From positions 576,001-640,000 of the forward strand of contig CAVXLD010000003.1 in assembly GCA_963762565.1 (NCBI GenBank): a stretch of DNA of 64,000 bases, read 5' to 3'. The notes below the pieces were generated by a model that did not search any database, was not told the origin of the DNA, and saw only the letters and a list, made by a program, of their open reading frames with translations. Positions 8,901 through 18,544 of the stretch are shown piece after piece. Origin of the DNA: an uncultured Verrucomicrobiae bacterium. GTDB lineage: Bacteria; Verrucomicrobiota; Verrucomicrobiia; Chthoniobacterales; JAFAMB01. Made by a program: the position numbers and the translations under genes. Each line of letters opens with the position of its first letter. The stretch's first letter is position 1.

Positions 8901-10083
8901 TATAAAGGACTTCTTTTACTTGGACGAACATCGTTCTCTTCGTATCGCGACGATTGCGCTCTTTGTGGCAAATGGGCTGGGTATGTCGAGCTGGATATCC
9001 CATATCCCTCTCTTGAAAGAGCACTTAGGGCTAAATGACCAGATGCTAGGGCTAGCGCTCCTCTGTGCCGGGCTGGGGGCTCTGGCCACGATGTGGATCA
9101 GCGGCTGGCTGATGTCCAAGTATGGCTCCCGCAAGATCGCGATTCTGGCAGGAATCGTTTTCCCGATCTCCCTTATCGGGCCTGGGATCGCCACGAACTT
9201 TTGGTCCTTGGCAGGTTCATTGTTGTTCCTGGGAGCCGGTAATGGGTTGATGGACATCGCGATGAACAGCCAGGCTGCATCCTACGAGAGCCTGATCAGG
9301 AAGCCGGTAATGTCGTCCTTTCACGCCTTTTGGAGCTTAAGCTGCTGGTGTGGTTCGTTGTGTGGCAGCCTGTTTCTGGCGGCTCCAGCTTGGACTTGGG
9401 CGCATTTGCCATTGATTGCCGTGCTCGGCGTTTCTCTAACCCTATTCGCGCGCGGTGGCTTGCTCCGAACGGGAGCTGGGGCCGGCGGTGGGTCCGTTTT
9501 AAGTTTTCCGAGGGGGATCCTAGCGGTTTTCGGATTACTATGCCTGCTCGTGATGATGACCGAAGGAGCGGTGGCGGATTGGGCCGGCGTTCATCTTCGA
9601 ACGAGTTATCATGTCAGCGAATACATGACGGTATTCGGGTACAATGCGTTCGCACTGTTTATGACGATTGGCAGATTCGCCGGCGACACTCTGGCGAGGA
9701 GTTTTGGACGCAAGACCGTGATCGTAGGGAGTGCCGCGGTCTCGGCGATCTGCCTCGGTATCGCCTCTTTTGCACCGACGCCGTGGGTAAGCATCGGCGC
9801 CTTTGGTTTAGCGGGTTTCGGAATCGCTAACCTGGTGCCCTTGCTTTTCTCGTTAGCTGCCAAACGGGCTGGCGGGGAGATCGAGCAAGCAACGTCATCG
9901 GTTTTTGCTACCGGTTACCTGGGGTTCTTGATCGGTCCGCCTTTGGTTGGCTTCATCTCGAGCAGGACAAGTCTTCCGATCGCTCTTTTGTCATTGGCTG
10001 GAGGCCTTTTTGTTGTGGCCTCGACGGTATTGCGCCTCAATGGGACCAGGGAAGAGGAGTCTGGAGCCAGGATCCAGGGGTGA
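8887..10083 (+). CDS. MFS transporter (start may be TTG 8920)
   Basis: About 12 hydrophobic segments; MSSFHAFWS, EGAVADW, MTIGRFAGD and GPPLVG motifs. Confidence 0.9.
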   Translation: MGQDTIKDFFYLDEHRSLRIATIALFVANGLGMSSWISHIPLLKEHLGLNDQMLGLALLCAGLGALATMWISGWLMSKYGSRKIAILAGIVFPISLIGPGIATNFWSLAGSLLFLGAGNGLMDIAMNSQAASYESLIRKPVMSSFHAFWSLSCWCGSLCGSLFLAAPAWTWAHLPLIAVLGVSLTLFARGGLLRTGAGAGGGSVLSFPRGILAVFGLLCLLVMMTEGAVADWAGVHLRTSYHVSEYMTVFGYNAFALFMTIGRFAGDTLARSFGRKTVIVGSAAVSAICLGIASFAPTPWVSIGAFGLAGFGIANLVPLLFSLAAKRAGGEIEQATSSVFATGYLGFLIGPPLVGFISSRTSLPIALLSLAGGLFVVASTVLRLNGTREEESGARIQG

Positions 10084-10101
10084 GTGAGTAGGTGAGCAGA
10101 G

Positions 10102-10223
10102 GGGAGGGCGCGCGTCCCCGCGCGCCGCGAAGACGTGCCAGAACCCCCCTGGGGGTATTTTCCTCATTGATCACAATACGCCGGGCTTCGGTGACAACGG
10201 ATCGCGAGGACGCGATCCCTCCC
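10102..10223. repeat. Family C REP doublet, second copy
   Basis: Homologous to 7511-7632. Confidence 0.88.
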
Positions 10224-10261
10224 GGGCGATGAGTCTGCACACAATCTGAGAACGAACCGCC

Positions 10262-12160
10262 TCACCGCGCGTGCGGAGCAATGATAGCGCCTAGCAGATC
10301 CGCCTGGCCCTCGGTTCGCTCCAGATGCGGATAACGCAGGCCGCCGTGGTAATCGATGTGCACCGTCTCGAAATAGTCCGAGTTGGTGACGATCAACTCG
10401 ATCGGGGCAGATTCTGACTTAGTTGCGTCTTTGATTGCTCCGCGTAGGCGGTCCACGGAATATGCACGCGAATTCACTGCTACGACTTTCATACTCGGGG
10501 CCAATTTAGCGATGTCGGCCGGGCTATTGGCAGCGACATCAGTGATGGTGCCGTCTTCGTCCAAGAGCAGACCGATCGACAAGAGTTCGTTGCAACGTTT
10601 CTTCTCTCTCGCGGCCACGTCCATGGGAAGGTTTCTCTTGTCTGAATAGACTAGTTTCCAGCCGGCAGCGGTGATTCCGTTTAGCGGGGCGTGTGGCGAC
10701 GTGGAGTTCAGGCGAGTCAGCCAGAATTTCTGCCAATCATAGGGAGCTACCGAATTGAGCGTCTGGATTACATCATCAAACGTGTACGTTTTTAGCATCG
10801 GGGGACCGCTCTGGCCGCCATGGAAAGCATGGCAAAAATCATCGAGGGAGCGTTGACCATTCGTTTGCTGCCGGATGATCGTATCTGCTTCCAGCCATAG
10901 CAGCACTCCTTCCGGATAAAAATCGACCGCGCGACGCCGGTTTTCCCATTCGTCCGGCGCGGCATAAAGACGCGATGCATCGTCGGCGGTATCCTGGAGA
11001 TTACGCCATTGCCGTCCGCTTGTGGTGTCCATTGCAGCTGCGTAGAATGCCAGCCAGTCTCTGCTTAACTCAGGGGAACGTAGACCAGAGCGGGCGGTTA
11101 GAACAAAACTGCCAAGATATTCGGTTGCTCCTTCGTACACCCATAGCAAATCGTCTCGCATCGGCTGCTGGAAATCCGGGGTGGCTAGGTCGGCCGGACG
11201 GCGGTATTTGCCATTCCAAGAGTGAACGAACTCGTGCGGCAAAAGGTCAGAAGCGGCATCTAACTGGTCTTTGTCCGTGAAGTAATCTTCGGGGGCCGCA
11301 TTCAAGCTGGACTCGTGATGTTCGATTCCGTCGTGGAAGGTCTGGTCGCTCAGGGAAACGAGGAAGTGATAATGTTCGTAGTGGGTGGCGGAGAAAAGTG
11401 CGCCGGCTTCTGTCACCAGGCGTTTGTATTCGGCAATCTTCGCATCCGGGAGTTCCAACGCCTCCCTACTGTCCGCCACGATATCCATTTCGTTGGTGGG
11501 CGCCGTGGTAATGAGTTCGACATGGCGATAATAGAGCCCGGCAACGAGCGGCGAATCGGCTAGCGTGGTCAAAGATACCGGGCGGAATCGCACCGGATTC
11601 CCGTTCTCGAGAATCGGCAGGGCAGTGCCGAATTGCCAGTGTTCCGGCAACCTCAATTCTGCCTGGAAGGTGAGATCGCTGGTCTTGAAACCTGCCGGAT
11701 AAACAAGCAACTCATACCAGTTGATCATCGCCAGCTTGGCGGACGCAGACGCCTCCGTGGAGAATGCACCGGGTTCGACTGGGATTGCAAAATCGAGAGA
11801 GACCTCTATATGCGTGGCTCCTGCTGGCACCTCGCAATGGAATGCGTACAGATCGACCAGATCGCGTCTCCAGGGGATTGGCTGACCGTTTACGGTAAAC
11901 TTCATACCAACGACGCCGTCGATCGGACCGGTGGGCGCATGTTCGCCAGGGATCCATTTGGGATAATACAGAGTGAGGGGACCTGGTGTGACCGGTATGC
12001 TGAGATGTGAGTGCAGTAGCTTTCGGGCTGCGACGTCGGTCGCATCAACCTGTAGCGAAATTGGTTCCGGGGGAGTGCTGCTGGGAGCAGGTGTTTGTGC
12101 CGCTAACCGGATCGTCGGGATCGTGAGGGAAAAGAGAAGGACCAAACTGATGCCTCGCAT
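10262..12160 (-). CDS. M61 glycyl aminopeptidase with C-terminal PDZ, secreted
   Basis: Signal peptide; PKWIPG, GIEH, HEFVHSWNGKYRRP and LLWVYEG motifs; start ATG 12160 or TTG 12196. Confidence 0.93.
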   Translation of the reverse strand: MRGISLVLLFSLTIPTIRLAAQTPAPSSTPPEPISLQVDATDVAARKLLHSHLSIPVTPGPLTLYYPKWIPGEHAPTGPIDGVVGMKFTVNGQPIPWRRDLVDLYAFHCEVPAGATHIEVSLDFAIPVEPGAFSTEASASAKLAMINWYELLVYPAGFKTSDLTFQAELRLPEHWQFGTALPILENGNPVRFRPVSLTTLADSPLVAGLYYRHVELITTAPTNEMDIVADSREALELPDAKIAEYKRLVTEAGALFSATHYEHYHFLVSLSDQTFHDGIEHHESSLNAAPEDYFTDKDQLDAASDLLPHEFVHSWNGKYRRPADLATPDFQQPMRDDLLWVYEGATEYLGSFVLTARSGLRSPELSRDWLAFYAAAMDTTSGRQWRNLQDTADDASRLYAAPDEWENRRRAVDFYPEGVLLWLEADTIIRQQTNGQRSLDDFCHAFHGGQSGPPMLKTYTFDDVIQTLNSVAPYDWQKFWLTRLNSTSPHAPLNGITAAGWKLVYSDKRNLPMDVAAREKKRCNELLSIGLLLDEDGTITDVAANSPADIAKLAPSMKVVAVNSRAYSVDRLRGAIKDATKSESAPIELIVTNSDYFETVHIDYHGGLRYPHLERTEGQADLLGAIIAPHAR

Positions 12161-12240
12161 GCCGTGCCTTATTCCCTGCGTTGAGTTGGTCGTCAACGGC
12201 GGTAGGGCGAAAACCTCGGCGCCATGAAGGATGCGCCAGC

Positions 12241-12481
12241 TTGGTGGGGCGAGGCTCCGGAACGGCCGAGAAAATCGAACAGGGCGACTTGGCTTGCCTC
12301 AACTAAGGGTAGGCATGGACCAAAACGCGGCCGAGCCGGGACCAACGATTTGCCACGTCCTCGACGGCGCCAGACGCTGGGCCCGGCTCGGCAGCGAATC
12401 GGCCTTGTTCACCGGCACCGATACGCACCCGATTTTACTCCGTTCGACTTTCGTGGCCGTGCCGGAGCCTCGCCCCACCAA
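12241..12481. repeat. Family D REPIN-like element (TTGGTGGGGCGAGGCTCC arms, inner GCCGAGCCG boxes), preceded by a lone family B arm at 12200-12223
   Basis: Inverted arms; homologs at 40067, 54716 and 60023. Confidence 0.88.
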
Positions 12482-12487
12482 AATTCC

Positions 12488-14512
12488 CTATCGCGAGGCG
12501 GTCTTTGGACTCGACTGGCTTAAATGCTGGTCCAGGAATTTTTCCATCGCGCTATAAAAATCGAATTGGTTCTCCTGGTTGCTGAACCCATGGCCTTCAT
12601 TTTGCTTGACCATGTACTCGATGGTAATCCCTCGTTTTCGCAGCGCGGCTACAATCTGGTTCGACTCGTCGATGTTGACTCTGGGATCGTTTGCTCCCTG
12701 GGCTACGAACAGTGGTTTCTGAATCTTGTCGGCGTTAAGAGCGGGGGAATGATCTGTCAGCCAAGTCCGATCTTTTTCTGGGTCCCCGATCATGGCGTGC
12801 ATCATATCGAGTTCTGGTTTCCAATAGGGCGGAATCGTATCCAAGAAGTTCAAGAGGTTAGAAACTCCGACGTAATCAACCCCGGCAGCGTAGAGGTCGG
12901 GTTCTTTCACCAGGGCCTCCAGTACGGCATAGCCACCGTAGCTTGCGCCGTAGATCGCAATCCGGGTCGGATCGGCGATCCCTTGTTGGATCAGCCACTT
13001 CGTACCGTCGGTGATATCGTCCTGCATTGAGCCTCCCCATTGTTTGAAGCTCAATTCCCAAAATTTCCTGCCGTACCCAGTCGACCCCCGATAATTCGGT
13101 TGGAACACGGCGTAACCTCGGTTTGCGAGAAATTGCACCTCAGGGTTAAAGCCCCATTCGTCTCGGGCCCATGGTCCGCCATGCGGGTTAACGATCACTG
13201 GCAGATGTTTTGGGTCGCGGCCTTTGGGCAAAGTTAAGTAGCCATGAATTGTGACCCCATCGCGTGTTTGATATTCGACGGGCTTAATTTCCGCCATCTG
13301 ATTCTCTTTTATCCATGGCCCAAGGTCACTCAACTTTCGCAGATCCCCGGTGCCGACGTTGAAGAGATAATAGGAACCCAACGTCCGGTCGCTGCTGGTG
13401 CGCACCACGAAGTTTTGTTCGTCTCGGTCCGCGCTCACTCGAGCTACTTCGTAGCCCGGCAATTGGTCGCGCAGCTTCTGGTAAGCAGCTTCAGTTTGTG
13501 GGTCCAAAAACGCGATTTCTGCTTTCCAATCGTCATAAGTGACGAAGGTCAACACCTTCCGCTTTTTCGAGTAGCCGATGTGAGAGACATCGACCTCGGG
13601 ATTCTCGTAGATGATCCGGACCTCTTTGCCTGACTCCGGGTCGAACTCTACGGCTGCGGCTTTGTCGCGGCCGATATTCGAGACGCCATAGAGATTCTTA
13701 TTATCGAAAGTGAAACATTCTGGATCGAAGGTTTCTCGAAAATTCGTGGTTAGAACCGTTTTCCAGGGGTCCTGTTCTGTCTTGCGATAGAGTAAGCTGG
13801 TATTGACGCCGTCCGTGGTGGTGGCGGCACGAATCTGACCCTGCCAGTCCGTGATCCAAGCATTGATGTTTCCGGGATTCTGCGCCACTAATTGCGATTT
13901 GCCGGTTAGAACGTCCAACCGGTAGGCGTCAAACACCTCTTTGTCTCTCTGATTTGTCTGGATCAGGACATGAGTCGGATCGTCCTCTAAATCGTCGATA
14001 ACGGACACCTTTACCCCCGGAAACGGGGTTAGATCACGCGGTTCACCGCCCGTGCGCGAGACGGCAAAAAGATGGTAATTTTCGTCTCCGCCGTTGTCCT
14101 TCTCGAACAGAATTGTGTCGTTACCTTTCCAGGATACCCCAGCGAGGTCGCGATCAGTCACATCCGTCAGGCGTTTGGCTTCACCTCCGGCTGCGCTCTG
14201 AAGCCAAACATTTAAACGGTTTTGCCACGGCGCCAGAAACGCCAAATTTTTGCCGTCATCAGATAGGGTATATCCGGCGGCCTGTGGGTTACGAAAGAAG
14301 TCCTGAAGCGGGAGCTTCGGAGGAACGCTGTCCTCGGCCGCTAGGGCCGCCGTTGTGAGAAGTGAGAGGTGAGAGGTGAGAAGTGAGAGGTAACGGGCGA
14401 GGCGTGAAAAGTGAAAGGTGAAAGGTGAAAAGTGAAAGGGAAACCGTCCTGGGGCGCGGTTTCGTTGAGGGCGGGCAAGCCCAGTGGAGTCGCTGCGGTT
14501 CGTTGAAGGCAT
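12488..14512 (-). CDS. S9 (prolyl oligopeptidase/dipeptidyl aminopeptidase-like) serine peptidase
   Basis: HGGPW, RGSTGYG, GASYGG, QGANDPRV and EGHGF motifs; nearest in-frame start is ATG 14512. Confidence 0.92.
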   Translation of the reverse strand: MPSTNRSDSTGLARPQRNRAPGRFPFHFSPFTFHFSRLARYLSLLTSHLSLLTTAALAAEDSVPPKLPLQDFFRNPQAAGYTLSDDGKNLAFLAPWQNRLNVWLQSAAGGEAKRLTDVTDRDLAGVSWKGNDTILFEKDNGGDENYHLFAVSRTGGEPRDLTPFPGVKVSVIDDLEDDPTHVLIQTNQRDKEVFDAYRLDVLTGKSQLVAQNPGNINAWITDWQGQIRAATTTDGVNTSLLYRKTEQDPWKTVLTTNFRETFDPECFTFDNKNLYGVSNIGRDKAAAVEFDPESGKEVRIIYENPEVDVSHIGYSKKRKVLTFVTYDDWKAEIAFLDPQTEAAYQKLRDQLPGYEVARVSADRDEQNFVVRTSSDRTLGSYYLFNVGTGDLRKLSDLGPWIKENQMAEIKPVEYQTRDGVTIHGYLTLPKGRDPKHLPVIVNPHGGPWARDEWGFNPEVQFLANRGYAVFQPNYRGSTGYGRKFWELSFKQWGGSMQDDITDGTKWLIQQGIADPTRIAIYGASYGGYAVLEALVKEPDLYAAGVDYVGVSNLLNFLDTIPPYWKPELDMMHAMIGDPEKDRTWLTDHSPALNADKIQKPLFVAQGANDPRVNIDESNQIVAALRKRGITIEYMVKQNEGHGFSNQENQFDFYSAMEKFLDQHLSQSSPKTASR
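14355..14440. repeat. Two heptamer arrays (GTGAGAR, GTGAAAR) inside the 5' end of the S9 gene
   Basis: gtgagaagtgagaggtgagaggtgagaagtgagag and gtgaaaagtgaaaggtgaaaggtgaaaagtgaaag. Confidence 0.9.
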
Positions 14513-14663
14513 TGTTGGCGTTAAGAAATGTGAAAGAACATCCATTTTGACAGATAGAGATACGAAATATTCGAGAAAAGGTTCTAGACCAGGTGGCTCG
14601 CATAAGTCCCATGTGTCCCATAGGTCCCATCCGCACCACTCGACTGACATTGAGAACAGCCAA

Positions 14664-16556
14664 TCAACTCTTTGCTGCCTCGGGTCTAAGGTGTTCCGCT
14701 AAAAACTTCTCCATCGCGGTATAGAAATCGAAGCGGTTTTCTTCGTTTAGGAAGCCGTGACCCTCGTTGTCTTTGACCATGTATTCCACCTGAACGCCGC
14801 GTTTTCGCAGTGCTTCCACGATCTGGTTTGACTCGTTGATGTTGACTCGAGGGTCTTTAGCGCCTTGGGCTACAAAGAGCGGAGTCTCGATCCGATCAGC
14901 GTTCAGAGCGGGCGAATGTTCCTGGAACCAAGCCTTGTCTTTGTCCGGGTCACCAAGCATCTCATAGATCATATCAAGCATGGGTTTCCAGTAGGGTGGG
15001 ATGGTCTTTAGGAAAGTGAACAGGTTCGAGACACCGACATAATCAACGCCGGCTGCGAAAAGTCGGGGTTCTTTGACCAAGCCTTCAAGCACGGCATATC
15101 CTCCGTAGCTTCCTCCATAAATCGCAACCCGCTTCGGATCCGCGATTCCCTGCTTAATCAGCCAATTCACCCCATCGGTGATATCATCCTGCATTTTGCC
15201 GCCCCATTCTTTAAATCCGAGTTCCCAGAATTTGCGACCGTACCCAACGGAGCCGCGGAAGTTCATCTGCAGAACCGCATATCCTCGGTTAGCCAGAAAT
15301 TGCACCTCGGGATTAAACATCCAGCTGTCGCGAACCCACGGTCCGCCGTGCGGGTTGACCACCACCGGTAGGTTCTTCGGTTCCCTGCCGTTAGGTAGCG
15401 TCAGATAGCCATGAACCGTAAGTCCGTCCCGCGCCTGGTAATCGATCGGCTTCATCTCACAAAGGTCATTCTCGTGCAGCCATGGCGCCCTATCGGCGAG
15501 CTTCGTCAATTCTTTCGAGGCCCCGTCATACAGATAAAAGGCGCCCATCGAACGATCATTCATAGTGCGCACCACGAACACATTCTCGTCGTCGTTTCCC
15601 GAGATAATGAAGACTTCATAACCCGGCAGCTTTTGTTTGAGATCTTCAAAGCGCTCCTCCGATTGGGCGTCGAAGCAATGACGTTCGGTGCGCCAAGTGG
15701 TGTAAGTGGCCTCAGTTAAAACTTTACGTTTCCGGGAAAAGGCGAGCGACGAGATATCGACATCCTGGTGCTCAAAGATCAGTTTGGTTTCTTTGCCCGT
15801 CGCAGGATCCAGTTCGACGGCTGCAGCTTTGTCCCGCCCGATATTCGAGGTGCCATACAGGCGCTGATCATCAAAAGTGAAAAACGCCGGCGTGAACGCC
15901 TCTTTGAAGCTTGTAGTGAGAACGGGTTTCCAAGGATCGCCTTCAGACTTTCGGAATAGCAGGCTGGTGTTAACCCCGTCAGTGGTACTGGCGGCACGGA
16001 TGTTGCCATCGTGATCGGTGATCCAGTCGGAGATATTTCCCGGGTTTTCTGCAGCCAACTGCAGATCACCGGTCTCGACGTTGAGACGGTAAGCGTCAAA
16101 GATCTCTTTGTTGCGCCGGTTCAGGCCGATGATCACCTCTTTCGGGTTCAAAGGCAGATCGTCGATCATACGAGTCTGTATGCTCTCGAACGGAGTTAGA
16201 TCGCGTACACTTTTCCCATCGCGGTCTGCTGCGTAGAGGTGATAGTTCTCGTCTCCGCCAGAATCGCGGATAAACAGGATATACTGGTCGGTCTTCCAAA
16301 AATAGGCCGTGATGTCGCGGTCGGTCACACCGGTTACTCTCTGCGGTTCGCCGCCTTTTCGAGGTTGGATCCAAACGTTCAGGCGGTTCTCGTAAGGGCG
16401 TAGGAACGCGGTATAATCGCCGGACGGCGAGACTTGATAAAAAGTCGTTGTGGGATTGCGAAAGAAATCGCGTAGAGGAATCAAAGGGGCGGGTTCAGCG
16501 GACGCGAGCGAGCTAGTAGACATGCTAATGGAAATGGCGATAAGCTGCTTGTTCAT
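14664..16556 (-). CDS. S9 serine peptidase, tandem paralog
   Basis: GGSYGG, QGAKDPRV and EGHGF motifs; collinear and similar to 12488-14512; start ATG 16556. Confidence 0.93.
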   Translation of the reverse strand: MNKQLIAISISMSTSSLASAEPAPLIPLRDFFRNPTTTFYQVSPSGDYTAFLRPYENRLNVWIQPRKGGEPQRVTGVTDRDITAYFWKTDQYILFIRDSGGDENYHLYAADRDGKSVRDLTPFESIQTRMIDDLPLNPKEVIIGLNRRNKEIFDAYRLNVETGDLQLAAENPGNISDWITDHDGNIRAASTTDGVNTSLLFRKSEGDPWKPVLTTSFKEAFTPAFFTFDDQRLYGTSNIGRDKAAAVELDPATGKETKLIFEHQDVDISSLAFSRKRKVLTEATYTTWRTERHCFDAQSEERFEDLKQKLPGYEVFIISGNDDENVFVVRTMNDRSMGAFYLYDGASKELTKLADRAPWLHENDLCEMKPIDYQARDGLTVHGYLTLPNGREPKNLPVVVNPHGGPWVRDSWMFNPEVQFLANRGYAVLQMNFRGSVGYGRKFWELGFKEWGGKMQDDITDGVNWLIKQGIADPKRVAIYGGSYGGYAVLEGLVKEPRLFAAGVDYVGVSNLFTFLKTIPPYWKPMLDMIYEMLGDPDKDKAWFQEHSPALNADRIETPLFVAQGAKDPRVNINESNQIVEALRKRGVQVEYMVKDNEGHGFLNEENRFDFYTAMEKFLAEHLRPEAAKS

Positions 16557-16644
16557 ACTGTAGGACGCGGCCCAGCGGGCCGATCCGCGTGAGTTAGGAA
16601 TGAAGACCGACAGAAGAACCCACGCAAGTGGTCGTTGGAAATAC

Positions 16645-16895
16645 TGGAGCGCGCCTCGCTTGCGAGGCCGTGGGGGCGCCACCCGTGGAGCGTTGCCTCG
16701 CTTGCGAGGCCGATGGTGAGCAAGGATGACGGCGGGTTGGGCCTACGGACTGTCGGTGCTCTGCAGTGGGTAAAAGCAGTGTCCGCAATAGAGCGCCGAC
16801 AAAAATTGGATCTGCTTGACGATTTCCCCTGCTCACCATCGGCCTCGCAAGCGAGGCAGCGCTCCACGGGTGGCGACCCCTACGGCCTGGCAAGC
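16645..16895. repeat. Family A element with extra flanking arms
   Basis: Four GCCTCGCTTGCGAGGC-type palindromes: two forward and two reverse, the last degenerate. Confidence 0.88.
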
Positions 16896-16920
16896 ACACA
16901 CGCCTGCCTATTAATTTGGT

Positions 16921-16956
16921 TTGACAAATCAAAGTAATTTGTTTTATGTCTCACCG
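16921..16956 (+). promoter_or_regulatory. Putative sigma70 promoter, possibly leaderless
   Basis: TTGACA 16921-16926; weak -10 TATGTC 16945-16950, 6 nt before ATG 16957; no Shine-Dalgarno. Confidence 0.4.
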
Positions 16957-17421
16957 ATGGTCCCGGATGTCGATAAACTCATCGGCTGGTATGCTCGCAT
17001 CTATTTTGCCTGCCATCGCCGTCACGTCCGTGATCCCAAGACCAAGAAGGTCCTAAGTGCTCACCAGGCGAGCATCCTGGATCATCTCGATGAGGTCGAC
17101 GGCACGAGTCTTTTCACTTTGGCAAACCATTTGGGTGTCACGGCTTCGACCATGTCCCTTTCGATTCAGCGCTTGGTCGATGCCGGTTATGTACGGCGAG
17201 AGCGCGACCAGAAAGATGCGCGCCGGGTCCAGATTCGGCTGACCCGAGCCGGGGTACGAATCAAGCAACAGCAATCGGTGCTCGACCCGGCTTTGGTGGA
17301 GGCTTTGCTGGAACGGCTCTCGCCGATCGATCGGGTGGCGGCTTTACGCGGGCTGGCTCTTTTCGCCCACGCGGCGGAGGAGCTGAGGGCATCTCTCAAA
17401 GGAACCGAGGAACCGAAATGA
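16957..17421 (+). CDS. MarR-family transcriptional regulator
   Basis: LANHLGVTASTMS..IQRLV..GYVRRE....DARRVQIRLT..G winged HTH. Confidence 0.9.
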   Translation: MVPDVDKLIGWYARIYFACHRRHVRDPKTKKVLSAHQASILDHLDEVDGTSLFTLANHLGVTASTMSLSIQRLVDAGYVRRERDQKDARRVQIRLTRAGVRIKQQQSVLDPALVEALLERLSPIDRVAALRGLALFAHAAEELRASLKGTEEPK

Positions 17422-17933
17422 AAATAGCTCTATACGCCGCAGCGTTTGCTTTATTGATCGTTGTGGTCTTGGTGGCAGTGGCTGCGTCTCTGCCAATACA
17501 ACACACTGTGTCGCGGTCCATGCGATTGAAAAAGACACCCAGTGAAGTGTTCGCCTTGATTTCCGGACCACCAAATTGGCGGCCGGACGTAAAAGAGAGT
17601 ATCAACCTACCTGCGAACGACAGCCTGCGACGGTGGCGGGAAGTCACCGGCGATGGGAAATCCATGACCTATGAAGTGGCCGAAGAATCTGCGCCTTCGC
17701 GGCTAGTAACGAGGATTGCCGATAAAAACCTGCCGTTCGGCGGTACGTGGACCTACGAGATCAAACCGGCAGAGGGTGGCTGCGTTCTGCGCATCACTGA
17801 ACGAGGTGAAATCTACAATATCATTTTCAGGTTCGTCGCTCGTTTCTTTCTGGGATATGCCTCAAGCATGGAGAGCTACCTGCGAGCGGTTGCCAATCAG
17901 TTCCATGAGCAGGCAGCGATTGGACAAGGGTGA
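17418..17933 (+). CDS. SRPBCC/START-fold protein with N-terminal membrane anchor
   Basis: Hydrophobic N-terminus; PSEVFALI, GGTWTYEI and LRITE motifs. Confidence 0.85.
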   Translation: MKIALYAAAFALLIVVVLVAVAASLPIQHTVSRSMRLKKTPSEVFALISGPPNWRPDVKESINLPANDSLRRWREVTGDGKSMTYEVAEESAPSRLVTRIADKNLPFGGTWTYEIKPAEGGCVLRITERGEIYNIIFRFVARFFLGYASSMESYLRAVANQFHEQAAIGQG

Positions 17934-18544
17934 GTAAAATGGGCTACGAGATCAACTGTCGAGCACGTTTTGGGGACCGGCATAGTGATGGGAAAGCGCT
18001 TTTGGAATCTGATCATGTCCTCTTCCGAGGCGATTTTCGCTGCAAAATCTTCTTTCGGGATTTGGCGAAGGTCGTTGCTAATAAGGGGACGCTTAGCTTG
18101 TGTGGTCCGGAAGGCGAGCTTCGACTCGAACTTGGCGAAAAGGCTGGGATCTGGGCCGAAAAGATCCTGCATCCGAAGTCGCGGGCTGAGAAGCTCGGGG
18201 TTAAAGCCGGTAGCGAAGTTGTGCTGATGAATTTATTGGATGCCGAGTTTGAAGCCGAGCTGGACCGTTCAGGAATAGTATTGGTGGCGGCTAGAAGCAA
18301 AGCCCAATGCGACTTACTCTTCTGGGGAGCGCAAAAAGCAGACGAACTTCCAAAGATTCCTGACCTGCTTCCGCGCTTAAATGAACGTGGGGCTCTTTGG
18401 ATCGTCTATCCGAAAGGGCAGTCTCACATTCCGGAATCCAGTGTCATTTTAGCGGGCAGAGCTGCAGGATTAAAAGATGTTAAGGTAGTTTCGTTTTCGC
18501 CGACACAAACGGCTTTGAAGTTTGTTCGTCCCTTAAAACGATGA
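17930..18544 (+). CDS. Hypothetical protein with DUF3052-like C-terminal domain
   Basis: KLGVKAG, ALWIVYPKG and GLKDVKVVSFS...ALKF motifs. Confidence 0.75.
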   Translation: MSKMGYEINCRARFGDRHSDGKALLESDHVLFRGDFRCKIFFRDLAKVVANKGTLSLCGPEGELRLELGEKAGIWAEKILHPKSRAEKLGVKAGSEVVLMNLLDAEFEAELDRSGIVLVAARSKAQCDLLFWGAQKADELPKIPDLLPRLNERGALWIVYPKGQSHIPESSVILAGRAAGLKDVKVVSFSPTQTALKFVRPLKR

